64,000 nt of DNA from Sphingomonadaceae bacterium (GTDB lineage: Bacteria; Pseudomonadota; Alphaproteobacteria; Sphingomonadales; Sphingomonadaceae): NCBI GenBank assembly GCA_025356175.1, contig JANXUP010000039.1, positions 2,174 to 66,173 on the forward strand, written 5' to 3'. Made by a program: the position numbers and the translations under genes. The notes under the pieces were generated by a model. It searched no databases and had not been told where the DNA came from. It was given only the letters and a program-made list of their open reading frames with translations. Below are positions 19,034 through 29,282 of the stretch, piece by piece. Within the stretch, counting starts at the first letter, position 1, and each line of letters opens with the position of its first letter.

Positions 19034-19891
19034 ATGCTGATCGCCCAGATCACCGATTGCCATATTGGTTTCTTCCGCAGCGATGTCGGCGGAGCCAACA
19101 CGCAGCGCTTGCGCTCCGCACTCGGCCGGCTCCGCGATGGTCCCAACCGTCCCGACCTGCTGCTGCTTTCGGGTGATCTCACCGAATTCGGCGATGCGGC
19201 GAGTTACGCACGGCTGGCAGAAATGCTCGCCGACCTGCCCTACCCGGTGCACCTGATGGTCGGCAACCACGATGATCGCGCTGCCTTGCGCGCGACCTTT
19301 CCGGGGACGCCTCTCGAACAGGGTTTCGTCCAATATGTCTTGCGCTTGCCCGGACTGCGCCTGATCGCGCTCGATACGCTCGAGCCTGGGCGCCACGGAG
19401 GCGCTTTCTGTGCGGCGCGCGCCAAGTGGCTGAGCGAACAGCTCGATGCCGACCCCGCGACTCCGGTGGTGATCGCGATGCACCATCCGCCGTTCGTCTC
19501 CGGGCTCGACTGGCTCGACGGCGCAGAAGACGCGCCATGGATCGCGCGATTCACCGAAGCGATCGCAGGACGCCCGCAAGTGCGCGCGATCATTGCCGGA
19601 CACCTGCACCGCACAATACACACGAGCATCGCGGGCGTGCCGCTGACGGTCTGCCCCTCAACCGCGCCGACTGTTGCGCTCAACCTCACCCCGATCGACC
19701 CCGAGCGGCCCGATGGCCGGGCGATGATCGTCGACGAACCCGCAGCATTTGCCTTGCACCGCTGGCAGGACGATCGCCTGATCTCGCATTTCGAGAGCCT
19801 GGCCGCCGGACAGCCGTGGGCCGCGCTCGCCAGCTACGACGCAGGAATGCAGGAACTGGTCCGCCAGAACGCCCGCGAGCAGCGCGACTGA
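19034..19891 (+). CDS. CpdA/GpdQ-like metallophosphoesterase (cyclic-nucleotide phosphodiesterase family)
   Basis: QITDCH, SGDLT, GNHD, HHPP and GHLH metal-binding motifs. ATG at 19034. Confidence 0.88.
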   Translation: MLIAQITDCHIGFFRSDVGGANTQRLRSALGRLRDGPNRPDLLLLSGDLTEFGDAASYARLAEMLADLPYPVHLMVGNHDDRAALRATFPGTPLEQGFVQYVLRLPGLRLIALDTLEPGRHGGAFCAARAKWLSEQLDADPATPVVIAMHHPPFVSGLDWLDGAEDAPWIARFTEAIAGRPQVRAIIAGHLHRTIHTSIAGVPLTVCPSTAPTVALNLTPIDPERPDGRAMIVDEPAAFALHRWQDDRLISHFESLAAGQPWAALASYDAGMQELVRQNAREQRD

Positions 19892-19901
19892 TCTGCGATC
19901 C

Positions 19902-22900
19902 TCATCGCGCCGCGCGCCAGGCGCTCATGTCGCCATTGTCGTTGACCCGGTAGAGGTAGCCCTTGCCGTTGAGGAACAATCGCTCCATCTCCGGCCGGGT
20001 AAACGGGCGCGAACCGAGCCGGCCGAACACAGCGATCTGTCCGCCGGTTTCATCCACCGCACGGTCGCGATCGAGGCCCTTGGACATGGCGATGGCCGGT
20101 GACGGGGTCCTGGCCCAAGCGATCAATTGCGGCATGGGCGCAGGCGAAAAGCCATAGAAGTTGCGCTGACTGTCTGGCGAGGTCAGTTGCAACACTTTCA
20201 TTCCGTTGCGGCCGTCGGCGACGTAAGCGAACAGCGAAGCGTTGGTCGCGGCAACCACAACGTCTTCGGCATCGCTCAATTGCCCGTCGAATGTAACCCT
20301 CTGGTATATCCGGGGCTCGCGCGGGCGCGTCACATCGACGATGACCAGCCCGTCCGCCTTCGCAGCAACATAGGCATAAGTGCGCGCGACATAGAGGCGC
20401 CGCGCATCGGCGAGCGGCACCGTTCCCCTGGGCACCGCCAGCGGATTGCGCAGGTTGGTTACGTCGAACAGCTTGAGCCCGTCGCGGTCGGTGACCCACA
20501 GGTAGCGGAATTGCAGCGCCGAGGCCCGTGCATCGACCAGCTCGCGCACCCCAGCGAGCTTGGGTTTGAGCGGATCAGCCAGATCGACCACGACCAAGCC
20601 CTTGGCCGCGATGATGTAGGCCACCTCACCCGCCAGCACGATGTGCCGCGCGCCGTTCAGCACGCCATCGGGGTTCCACGTCACCGCGCGGTGCAGCTTG
20701 TTGTTGCGGAATTCGCCGTCGGAGAAGGTGTCCACGTCGACCAGAATCAGCCCTTCGACGCTGTCGGTGATCGCGGCGTAATTGTAGATCGGCAGGAACG
20801 GCTGTTCCTGGTTGGCATCGCGCATGGCCTGGGTGTTGCGTTCAGGCGCGATCGGCTGGTTGGTCGGCAGCGCCATGCAGGTAGCATTGGTGGTATCGAC
20901 CTGTGCATCGCCAGCAAACGGGGCAGAGACGATCGGATCGGCAAAACCCTTGTTGGCCACTGCCGCGACATCATAGACGTGGAAGCCGCCTTTCCCTTGC
21001 GCGACATACATGTATTCGCCGCGCAGTTGCAGGCAGCCGACCTTGTCCGGGGTGCCCTGCAGGACGTTGCGGAACTGTTCGACCGGATGGCTATCGCCGC
21101 CGGATAGCGAAGCGGTGGTCTTGCCGCGGGTCCAGTTTTTGAGCTCGCGGTCGTTCTGCTCGACGTGCATGCGGTAATAATCGGGAAAGGCAAAGCGTTG
21201 CAGGTAAGACCCGATCACCGCCTGCGGTTCGTCCCATTCGGTCACCCGCACCGCTTCAAGCCCGCCATCGAGCCCGGTCCAGGCGTTGAGCCCGACGAAG
21301 TTGACGAAATTGGTGCCGAGCAACAGCGTCTGCGCCAGAATCGCATTGTTGTCCTCGTTCATGCTGACGTGGCAATCGCTGCAGGTCTTGGTCTCTTGCG
21401 TGCGCACGGTGTGCGGAAAATGCGGCGCGAAGGCCTGGCTTGAAAAGCCCGGCGAGCTGATTGGTGGCTGCTGGGCGTAGATCCGCTCGCGGTTGCTGTT
21501 GGTTGAAGACAGGATGAGTGCAGAAGACGATCTGACCGGCGTCACCTCTCCGCCCTTGGTGGTCATATGTTTGCCCAGTTGGAACATGTCGTCGCGCGCA
21601 ACCTGCGGGTTGTAAGTCGCAAAATTGCGCGTCTCCTCCCCCTCGAAATGGTTCACCGAGCTTTTCCAGTTGGCCTCGATCGGCAGGTGGCAGCCGCCGC
21701 AACTGGTGGTCCAGGCAAGGTGGCACGAAAAGCAGGCGATCTTGTCGTCCTGATGCGCCCGGTCCGCTTTCGGCACACCCGGTCCGAAGCCAAAACTGCC
21801 ATCATCCGCGCCCGACCGGCTCATCAGCTTGGCGCGCGCCGACTTGATATTGAATGAAGGCGATGCCGGATCGACACTGTCCTTGGTCAGATGCACCTGC
21901 CACGACAGGCTGGGGTCGACGATCGAACGCTGGATCAGCACCCGTCGGCCAAATTCGTTACCCACCCATTCGAAGCGGCGCTGCCCGTCGGGGTTGCGCA
22001 GCAAGGCCAAATTGTTGCCTTTGGGCGGCGCAGCCGGGCCCGAGGTCAGCAGTTTGGGATAGGCATCGGCGGTACCGTGGCAATCCTGGCAACCGATCTC
22101 CACCGCATTGGCGACTTCGCCGTAGATCAGCCCGTTGCCATGGCTGTCCTGTGCAAAGTGGCAATCGGCGCATTGCATGCCCTTCTCGGCGTGGATGTCC
22201 ATCATGTGGACGGTCTTGCCGGGGTTGACGCCGGGCGGCACGAACTTGCCCTGCCCCTGGGTGCGCCATTTCTCGGGATCGTCGGGTGCGACAATATGGG
22301 CCTTGTCGGTCCCCCATGTTGCCATCGAGCCGCCCGCATCGAGCAAGTTTCCGGCCCGGTCGCGCTTGAACACGCCGCGGAAATTCCAGCCGTGACTGTG
22401 ATAGTCGGCGAACTGGGTGTCCTTGAGACCGGCATTGAGATCGTAGACGTTGCGCAGGAAATCGACATCGCCCCACAGTCCGCGCGCTGCAGCAGCTTCG
22501 GGGTTGCGTTCGTTGATCGCGCGGATGGTTGCGGCGTCGGGATAGCGTTGATGCTTGTACAGCCGCTCGTATTCCTCATCGCTCATCCCCGGCGGGCGCG
22601 GGCTGCGGTTTTCAGGGCCAGGCCACATCGAAGGCGCGTCAGCCTCATAATCCCACATGGTATAGCCCAGAAACGAATTCACGAACACGTTGGGCTGATG
22701 CATGTGACAGCTCATGCACTGTGCAGTCGGGATCGCGCGGGTGAAGACGTGGCCGAGCGGATGGCCGCTCTCTTTGGCGGGCTCGCTGCCATCTGGATTG
22801 TGATCGCCCTTGAGTCCGCCATGAGCAGCAGTCTTGTCGCTGATGGTAGGATCGACCGTCACGCTCTGCCCGTCGCGGCCGAACTGCGCGTAGATCGAGC

Positions 22901-23948
22901 TGTGGCGCGGCTCACGGTCGTTGGCATAGATCACATGGCAGCCCGAGCAGCCCGATCCGCGATAGTCGCCCGGCTGGTCGTTGGTCCCCATGAACCACAT
23001 GAAGGGATCGTTCAGCCTAGTCTTGTGGATGTTAAGCACCGGGATGGCGACCCTGAGGCCGGTCCCGGGACCACGGTTAGATTGCTTGAGGTCCGGGCGT
23101 CCCGGCTCTTCCAGCCGCTGGATCGAGCCGGTCGGATTGGGCAAGCCGACCTCGGCAAAGCCGGTGCCGTTGTTGCGCCCGCCATCCTCAAAGACCCGGA
23201 ACACGTCACCCGGGGGCACTACATTCCAGCGCGGCAGCGGATAGAGCGCAGCCAGCGCCCCGCGCGCAGCCTGCCGTTTGCTGAGTGTTCCCGGCGCAAC
23301 CACCTTGGCCGGCTTTCCGTCGCGGGTATAGGCTTCCCCGAAGACGTAGTTCTTCAGCGGGACGATGCCGTTGTTGTAGGCCGCCCCGCCCCACAGCATC
23401 GCCCCGCTCGACATCAGCGATCGTTCGGCCGCTTCGATCGTCGGCAAATGACATGCCCCGCAGGCTTCGCGGGCGACGCGGTAATCGCCGGGATTGACGA
23501 AACGGATGAATTCCGGCGCCTCGCGATTGAGCAGCGAATAGCTGCGCTGCGGATTGGCCGACGAGGGGAAATTCCAGGCCTCGGGATATTGCGGCAGTAG
23601 ATGCGCGCGGTCGCGCATTGCGGTGTAGGCCGGGTCGTCGCGCGGCAGCGAGGGATTGCCGCGAATGCTGGCATCGCCGCCATGGCAGTCGGTGCAGCCC
23701 AGCCGCACCGCGGGCGAGACGTGCATGGTCGGCGCTTCGGTCGCGGTGTGGCACGACTGGCAGCCGTCGGTCTTGGCTGCGGCCTGGCCTTCGGTCTGTT
23801 TTGCCGGGGCTGGCGGCGCCGTCACCAGCGCGTAGTTGCGGGCAATCTGCTTCGCACCCTCACTGGCCCGGATGCCGGAGGAATGGAGCAGAACGGACAC
23901 CGCGCAGGTCAATGTGGCAAGGGCCAGGAGAGCGCGCTGGATCGACAT
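19902..23948 (-). CDS. Large secreted decaheme cytochrome c with C-terminal LVIVD-repeat beta-propeller
   Basis: Signal peptide; 10 CxxCH (CQSCH, CTDCH, CGACH, CSGCH, CMSCH, CADCH, CQDCH, CFSCH, CGGCH, CSDCH); repeats GLILVDV, GLVVVDL, GLKLFDV, YAYVA...GLVIVDV and FAYVADG. Confidence 0.88.
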   Translation of the reverse strand: MSIQRALLALATLTCAVSVLLHSSGIRASEGAKQIARNYALVTAPPAPAKQTEGQAAAKTDGCQSCHTATEAPTMHVSPAVRLGCTDCHGGDASIRGNPSLPRDDPAYTAMRDRAHLLPQYPEAWNFPSSANPQRSYSLLNREAPEFIRFVNPGDYRVAREACGACHLPTIEAAERSLMSSGAMLWGGAAYNNGIVPLKNYVFGEAYTRDGKPAKVVAPGTLSKRQAARGALAALYPLPRWNVVPPGDVFRVFEDGGRNNGTGFAEVGLPNPTGSIQRLEEPGRPDLKQSNRGPGTGLRVAIPVLNIHKTRLNDPFMWFMGTNDQPGDYRGSGCSGCHVIYANDREPRHSSIYAQFGRDGQSVTVDPTISDKTAAHGGLKGDHNPDGSEPAKESGHPLGHVFTRAIPTAQCMSCHMHQPNVFVNSFLGYTMWDYEADAPSMWPGPENRSPRPPGMSDEEYERLYKHQRYPDAATIRAINERNPEAAAARGLWGDVDFLRNVYDLNAGLKDTQFADYHSHGWNFRGVFKRDRAGNLLDAGGSMATWGTDKAHIVAPDDPEKWRTQGQGKFVPPGVNPGKTVHMMDIHAEKGMQCADCHFAQDSHGNGLIYGEVANAVEIGCQDCHGTADAYPKLLTSGPAAPPKGNNLALLRNPDGQRRFEWVGNEFGRRVLIQRSIVDPSLSWQVHLTKDSVDPASPSFNIKSARAKLMSRSGADDGSFGFGPGVPKADRAHQDDKIACFSCHLAWTTSCGGCHLPIEANWKSSVNHFEGEETRNFATYNPQVARDDMFQLGKHMTTKGGEVTPVRSSSALILSSTNSNRERIYAQQPPISSPGFSSQAFAPHFPHTVRTQETKTCSDCHVSMNEDNNAILAQTLLLGTNFVNFVGLNAWTGLDGGLEAVRVTEWDEPQAVIGSYLQRFAFPDYYRMHVEQNDRELKNWTRGKTTASLSGGDSHPVEQFRNVLQGTPDKVGCLQLRGEYMYVAQGKGGFHVYDVAAVANKGFADPIVSAPFAGDAQVDTTNATCMALPTNQPIAPERNTQAMRDANQEQPFLPIYNYAAITDSVEGLILVDVDTFSDGEFRNNKLHRAVTWNPDGVLNGARHIVLAGEVAYIIAAKGLVVVDLADPLKPKLAGVRELVDARASALQFRYLWVTDRDGLKLFDVTNLRNPLAVPRGTVPLADARRLYVARTYAYVAAKADGLVIVDVTRPREPRIYQRVTFDGQLSDAEDVVVAATNASLFAYVADGRNGMKVLQLTSPDSQRNFYGFSPAPMPQLIAWARTPSPAIAMSKGLDRDRAVDETGGQIAVFGRLGSRPFTRPEMERLFLNGKGYLYRVNDNGDMSAWRAAR

Positions 23949-25840
23949 CAGAACGAGAATACCGTGTTGAGCAGCACTGAATAGTACTTGTTGTGGCGCT
24001 GCGCATTGTCGAACAGATCCTGGAAGCCCCCACCGGGAAACAGCGCCGCAGCCGAGAACCGCACGACGATGTTCTGCGTGGCTTTGGGCCGCCAGATCGT
24101 CGAGAGTGAGAGATCCCAGCCGATGTTCTTCGGGATGCTGCCCTCATTGCGCAGATCCTGCAGCGTTGCGGTGTTGGCGAACCACAGGTGATTGGCATTG
24201 ACCGAGAGCCGCAAGGTCGGCCGCAAGTCAAAATCTCCGCCCAGGCCGACCAGTACCGTTCCCGGATTGTTGAAATTCGACTGGCCCTGCTCTTTCGACG
24301 AGCGCAGCGAATTGAGCACGCCGTTGCGCCCATTAAGCGCGACGGCGCGGCCGCCGCCGGCAAACGGAATTGTCTGGCGGATCCAGTAGGAAGTGTCCGC
24401 CCCGGCGAACACCGGGTTCTCGAACACCGCATCGAACCCGCCTTCGGTGTTGTCACGCGGGGTTCCGTCACCGCTGGCGTACAGTCCGGACAGACGGATG
24501 CGCTTCCAGTCCTTGTCATAAGACAGCTCGGCGGCGGCGAACCCCGCGCGAATGTTCGCACGCTGGCCGGTGAAGAAGCTGTTCCGGTCCTGCCCCAGCG
24601 CCAGATAGGTCGATCCCGTAAAGCCGAACCGGCCGATCCGCCCGTCGGCGTTGTAACCAAGATAGACCACATCGTAATCACGCCCGCGCAGCGTGCCCAG
24701 CAAAGCCGGCCGCACCGGAAATCCGTTATCGTCGACCTTGATCTGGCCGCCTTCGCGATTGCGGTTGTAAACCACGGTCAGCTGGCTGGTCAGTGCGGGC
24801 AGCGGAAAATCCTGGCGATAGAGATTGGCAACGAACAGCCGGTCATTGCGCGGGCGCTCGGTCACGTTGTTGAGCCCCGAATTGGTGTCCTTCTCCAGCC
24901 GCCAGAACGCCGCCAGGTTGTATTGCCAGCGGTTGCCGTCGCGATTGCCGAAGAAGCGCACGCCAAGCTGGTTGTCGTTGAACAGAAAGCCGCGGAAATC
25001 GGACTGAAATGGCTGAATGCCGACCCGCACCGAATCGAAATCGTAACGCACCGAGACATTGCGCAAGTGGTAGTCGACGAACAATTCCTGCAAGCCGACG
25101 AAATGGTCGGCGCGCTGGCTCGGCCTTGAAGGATCGACCGACAGCACCCGGCGTTCGGGCACATCGACATAGTTGAAGTTGAATCCGAGCGCGATCCGGT
25201 ATTCGATTTCGGGCGGCTTGAACGCGGTGTTGCCCTTGGTCAGCGCCGCGCCGACCATGAAAGTCTGCGAAAAGACATAACTCGCATCCTTGCCGAACAC
25301 ATCGAGGCTGCCGGGTCGCTCGGTGGTCTGCACGCCAACCGGGATAGGGAAGGTGCGCGGCTCGAGCACCGTATCCGAGATCAGACTGAGCGTCAGAAAC
25401 CAGTCATCCCCCTTCAGAAATCCGGGACGTTTGCCCTCGGGCAATGGCAGATCGCCCTTGAGCAGGTTCTGGTGAAAGGGATCGCGCTTCGAATGGCAAA
25501 CATGGCCCAGGTTCGGATAGAGTTCGATCAGCGACCTGTCCGCACCCTTGGCCGGGCACAGGCCGGTCATGATCCGCCAGCGATCGGGCACGGGGATCTG
25601 GTCGGTCGGGAACGCCTCGGGCGGGGGCGCTCGTACCGCACCAGGATTATCCTGCGATAGCGGCTCGGGAAAGCCGCGTTCGAACCCGGGGCGGCGGCGG
25701 CCTTCGATCACCTGAGGGTCAACTTCGGGCGGACTTGCCACCTCTGGATCGGCGACAGGTGGCGGCGGTGGAGGCGGCGGTTCCGGACTTGCCGCTTGGG
25801 CAAGTAGCAGCGGCAGCAGCAGCGCGCCCGCCCCCATCAC
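23948..25840 (-). CDS. Predicted outer-membrane beta-barrel protein
   Basis: Signal peptide and Pro-rich N-terminus, many amphipathic aromatic-rich strands, and a C-terminal ...LNTVFSF with terminal Phe. Confidence 0.72.
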   Translation of the reverse strand: MMGAGALLLPLLLAQAASPEPPPPPPPPVADPEVASPPEVDPQVIEGRRRPGFERGFPEPLSQDNPGAVRAPPPEAFPTDQIPVPDRWRIMTGLCPAKGADRSLIELYPNLGHVCHSKRDPFHQNLLKGDLPLPEGKRPGFLKGDDWFLTLSLISDTVLEPRTFPIPVGVQTTERPGSLDVFGKDASYVFSQTFMVGAALTKGNTAFKPPEIEYRIALGFNFNYVDVPERRVLSVDPSRPSQRADHFVGLQELFVDYHLRNVSVRYDFDSVRVGIQPFQSDFRGFLFNDNQLGVRFFGNRDGNRWQYNLAAFWRLEKDTNSGLNNVTERPRNDRLFVANLYRQDFPLPALTSQLTVVYNRNREGGQIKVDDNGFPVRPALLGTLRGRDYDVVYLGYNADGRIGRFGFTGSTYLALGQDRNSFFTGQRANIRAGFAAAELSYDKDWKRIRLSGLYASGDGTPRDNTEGGFDAVFENPVFAGADTSYWIRQTIPFAGGGRAVALNGRNGVLNSLRSSKEQGQSNFNNPGTVLVGLGGDFDLRPTLRLSVNANHLWFANTATLQDLRNEGSIPKNIGWDLSLSTIWRPKATQNIVVRFSAAALFPGGGFQDLFDNAQRHNKYYSVLLNTVFSF

Positions 25841-27819
25841 AAGCCCTGGCAGACATTCTGCACATCGCTGCCGATAAACGGTGCGAAGGGACAGCTGACG
25901 TAGCGCAGCCGCGCCGATGCGCCGCCGCCAAGTTCGAAGATGAGGCTATCGGCCCGGACCGCTGCGGGTGCATTGCCGAGCGTGCCCAATATGACGCCAG
26001 CGTTGTTCAGCCCCAGAAACGCGATCATATCATCCTGATCGATCCCGTCTCCCGAAACGCCAATCGCCCCGATCAGCTTGGTTCCGCGATAGATCGGGAC
26101 ACCGCCGGCAAAGATCTGGATGCCGTTCTGCAAGCGGTTCTGCCCCGGTGCCGCGTCGGGAATGAAGCTGCACCGTGCCGGGGTATCGCTGCCGCTCGCC
26201 CCGGTGACATAGTTCAGATGCTGGCCGAGGTTCGAGAGCACCAGCGCCGATTGCAGCCCGGTCGAGAACGGGCTCCACTTGACGATCGGGCGTGACAGGG
26301 GCCCATTCGGACGCGCAACTTCGCCATCGGGAAAATACGGCCTGGAGATGTTGCCGATCGCGCGGGCAGACAGCGCCAGCTGCCCGGTAAGCGCGGATGG
26401 ATCGGCGAAGAAGCTGCGCATCGCCGGAACAAAGCTGCGCACATCGGGGCTGGGATCGGCCAACAACTGCGCGGCGGCGTTGGGATTGGTGAAGAAGGCC
26501 GCCGTGCGCGCCTTCTGCAACGACACATCGATGCCAAACACGGGTGCATCGGGCGAGCGAACCAGCCCCAATGACACTCCGCGTGTATCGACCAGCGCAA
26601 TGGTCACTTGTGCCCGGCTGTCGAGCGGCTGGCGGATCTGGGCCCGGGCATGCGCCATCGTGCTGAACGCCTGCTCAAGGATGCGTTGCGCTTCGAGGGC
26701 AGAGATCGGCGTGCCGACCTCGGCGCCGTCACTGCCCGCGCGCAGCGGGAACCGGTTGATGCCCGAGCCGTCGCTCAGGACGAATGCATCACTGGTGGTA
26801 AACTCGGCAGCGGTTGCCGGGCGCACCCCGGAAGCTTCGCTGCCATATGCAGCGCCGGACAGCACCACTGCGACCGGGTAATAGCCGGTCACCGGGATCA
26901 ACCCGCCCAAAGCCGGAACGGTGGCGGCATAGGTTGCCCCGGCCAGACTGGTCAGGCTGGCATAATCGGTGTCGGTATAACGCAGCAAAGTGCCGTCGAC
27001 CGAGATCCGGTTTGCGCGCACCTCTAGTGGCGCTTCGAACCCGACGGTGCCGGCCAGACCGCTGCGCTCGTCGGTGTCGCTGTCGACATCGAGCACATCG
27101 GGGTCGAAGCCATAGGTCCCGTCGCCCGAAACGCCGACCCCGCCGACGACCACCCCGTTCTTGTACAGCGGGAACCCGCCGGGATCGGCCGAAAGCCCCA
27201 GCGGCGAGCGTTTCGGTCCGATCATGTTGGCCGGCCCCGGCGCCAGCCGCGCGGCGAGGTCGGAACAGGGCAACTGGCTGAATTGGACCCCGAACAGCGG
27301 GCCGCTCTCCAGCCCGACGGTCGAAGGCGCAGGCGGAAAGCGCTGTTGCACGATCATGCTCGCGGTGCGGGTGGAAAAAGCGTTGCCGCTGCTTGAAAGG
27401 TACGCCCCGGTGATCGCCTTGGCGATCGCGGCGGCTTCGGCCGGCACGTTCAGGCCCTGGATATCCTGCTGCGAACCATCCGCCGCTTTGGGTATCGCGG
27501 CAAGCGCCGGAGCTCCGGTCATCCGCAGCACGGCGAGCACATTGCCGACCCGGTCGGTTACCGCGATCACTGCCGGACGGTTGTCGGCATGCGCCTGCGC
27601 TGCGGTCTCGGCCAAAACCTTCTGCACGTCCGCCACCGACAGCGCCTCCGCAGCGGGAGCGGTATAGAACGACCCGGTCGGCGGGGGCGGGGTTGGAGTG
27701 GGCGTTGGGGTAATTCCGCCGCCCCCGCCCGAGCCGCCGCTGGTACTCCCACCGCCGCCACAGGCCGCAAGATTGAGCAGCGCGATCCAGCCCAGCACGT
27801 GCGCCGCCCGGCATGTCAT
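25837..27819 (-). CDS. Lipoprotein with two GlcG/HbpS-like heme-binding domains
   Basis: Lipobox LAAC and a G/PT linker. Domain 1: IAVTDRVGN...AKAITG...GGFPLYKNGVVVGGVGVSG. Domain 2: IALVDTRG...QKARTA...GGVPIYRGTKLIGAIGVSG. Confidence 0.82.
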   Translation of the reverse strand: MTCRAAHVLGWIALLNLAACGGGGSTSGGSGGGGGITPTPTPTPPPPTGSFYTAPAAEALSVADVQKVLAETAAQAHADNRPAVIAVTDRVGNVLAVLRMTGAPALAAIPKAADGSQQDIQGLNVPAEAAAIAKAITGAYLSSSGNAFSTRTASMIVQQRFPPAPSTVGLESGPLFGVQFSQLPCSDLAARLAPGPANMIGPKRSPLGLSADPGGFPLYKNGVVVGGVGVSGDGTYGFDPDVLDVDSDTDERSGLAGTVGFEAPLEVRANRISVDGTLLRYTDTDYASLTSLAGATYAATVPALGGLIPVTGYYPVAVVLSGAAYGSEASGVRPATAAEFTTSDAFVLSDGSGINRFPLRAGSDGAEVGTPISALEAQRILEQAFSTMAHARAQIRQPLDSRAQVTIALVDTRGVSLGLVRSPDAPVFGIDVSLQKARTAAFFTNPNAAAQLLADPSPDVRSFVPAMRSFFADPSALTGQLALSARAIGNISRPYFPDGEVARPNGPLSRPIVKWSPFSTGLQSALVLSNLGQHLNYVTGASGSDTPARCSFIPDAAPGQNRLQNGIQIFAGGVPIYRGTKLIGAIGVSGDGIDQDDMIAFLGLNNAGVILGTLGNAPAAVRADSLIFELGGGASARLRYVSCPFAPFIGSDVQNVCQGL

Positions 27820-29171
27820 CGCAGCGTACCGATCGCATTGACCGCTTGCCGCAGCGCTGCCCGGAAGGCACCCGGATTGTACTCTGCCGGAGTCGCTACG
27901 GCGGCGTAGGCACGGTTGATGCTGGCGCGGATCCCGGCTGCGGCGCCGACCGTGACCCGGCCTTCACGGACCATCAGGTTGAGCAGCGTATCGACCGCCA
28001 TGACCGACTGCGCCGAGCCGGTGTAGTCGGTGAAACGAACCGACACCGCCCGCCCGCCGATCGCTGCGATCACCTGGAATGCCGTATCGCTTCCGCCCGG
28101 CCCGCGCGCCATTGCGTCGCCGAGCGCGCTTGTCGCGGTACCCAACCGTCCCGCTGCGGCCACCGCCTCGGGGCGCCCTTTGCCCATCGCGGCGTGGAAA
28201 TTGCGTGCAGCGGCATCGAACTGCCCGGCTTCGCGCGGCGCCAGCACCTGTGCGACCGCCGAAAGCATGATGATGTTCTCATCATTGTAGGGCGGCTGCC
28301 CGAACGGGATCGGCCGGGCCGGATTGGTCTCAAACGTCCGCGTCCGCTCGGGGTTGTCATCGATCCCGCGATGGCAGCTGTGGCAATCGTAGAAAGTGAA
28401 TTCGGGGAAGATCCCGTTGCTAGCGAGGTCTGCTTGGCGGAACAGGCTGAGCGAGCGCTGCACTGCTTCGGCCTGGCCCACCGCCCACAGCCGGACGTTG
28501 TCGCTCGAGGGTTTGCGCGCGGTGTAGTCGGCGTCGACGTTCCAGTGCTGCTGGAGCGAGGAGAACAGGTCGAGCTCGAATGATATCCGGGGATGCCCCG
28601 CGGCCATCATCGCATGGGTGACGAATTGGCCAGGCTTGTCGCTGCCCAGATGGCAATCGAGGCAGACCGCAGCGCGCACCTTCGGATTGTCGAGCGCGTT
28701 CATGCCGGCGGCCACGTTGCCGGCATGGCTCGCTCCGACTGCATAGTGACTGGCAATCCAACCTGACGCCGGGCCATGGCAGCCTTCGCAGCCAACCCCG
28801 TCGGAAATCAGAAAGCGGTCGCCGCGAGCGCCAGCCGGAGTGGCATGGCAGCCAAGGCAGGCCGCCGCCGAGCCGGCCCGGCCCAGCCCCAGCGTGCTGG
28901 CGATCCGTTCACCGCGCAGCGACACCAGCGCGGCATAAGTGCGGCTGTGCGCGCCGCCCCGCGTCGAGGGTTCCTGCCACAACCTGAGTTCATCTTGCCG
29001 AACGATCTTGCCATCGCCGTCGGCACGTCCGTGACAAGTCGAACCGGCGCAGCTGGCGACGCCTTCATAGCGGCCGGAAGCGAGGGCTGCTCCGGTTGCC
29101 GCGCCGGCAAGCGCAGCCATGCCCAGCAGCATGGCCAGCCAACGACGAACGGCAGTTCCGATATTCGGCAT
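27816..29171 (-). CDS. Periplasmic multiheme cytochrome c (c554-like N-terminal domain)
   Basis: GGAGG SD before the ATG at 29171; signal peptide; CAGSTCH (CX4CH), CLGCH, GVGCEGCHGP, CLDCH and CHSCH. Confidence 0.85.
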   Translation of the reverse strand: MPNIGTAVRRWLAMLLGMAALAGAATGAALASGRYEGVASCAGSTCHGRADGDGKIVRQDELRLWQEPSTRGGAHSRTYAALVSLRGERIASTLGLGRAGSAAACLGCHATPAGARGDRFLISDGVGCEGCHGPASGWIASHYAVGASHAGNVAAGMNALDNPKVRAAVCLDCHLGSDKPGQFVTHAMMAAGHPRISFELDLFSSLQQHWNVDADYTARKPSSDNVRLWAVGQAEAVQRSLSLFRQADLASNGIFPEFTFYDCHSCHRGIDDNPERTRTFETNPARPIPFGQPPYNDENIIMLSAVAQVLAPREAGQFDAAARNFHAAMGKGRPEAVAAAGRLGTATSALGDAMARGPGGSDTAFQVIAAIGGRAVSVRFTDYTGSAQSVMAVDTLLNLMVREGRVTVGAAAGIRASINRAYAAVATPAEYNPGAFRAALRQAVNAIGTLR

Positions 29172-29282
29172 GATGCCCTCCCACCGGCGGGCAGTCTGAC
29201 ATGGCGAGCCAGTCGGAGCAAGCTGGTCGTCGCGGCTTTGTCCCGTTGCCACCCTGTCCGGTGCGGCCCATAAGCAAAACCG

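Noticed and set aside
17320-25840. Naming the decahemes and barrel mtrA/mtrB/mtrC
   Set aside because: The heme count matches, but size, spacing and extra domains (FHA, LVIVD) do not. Homology cannot be shown by eye.
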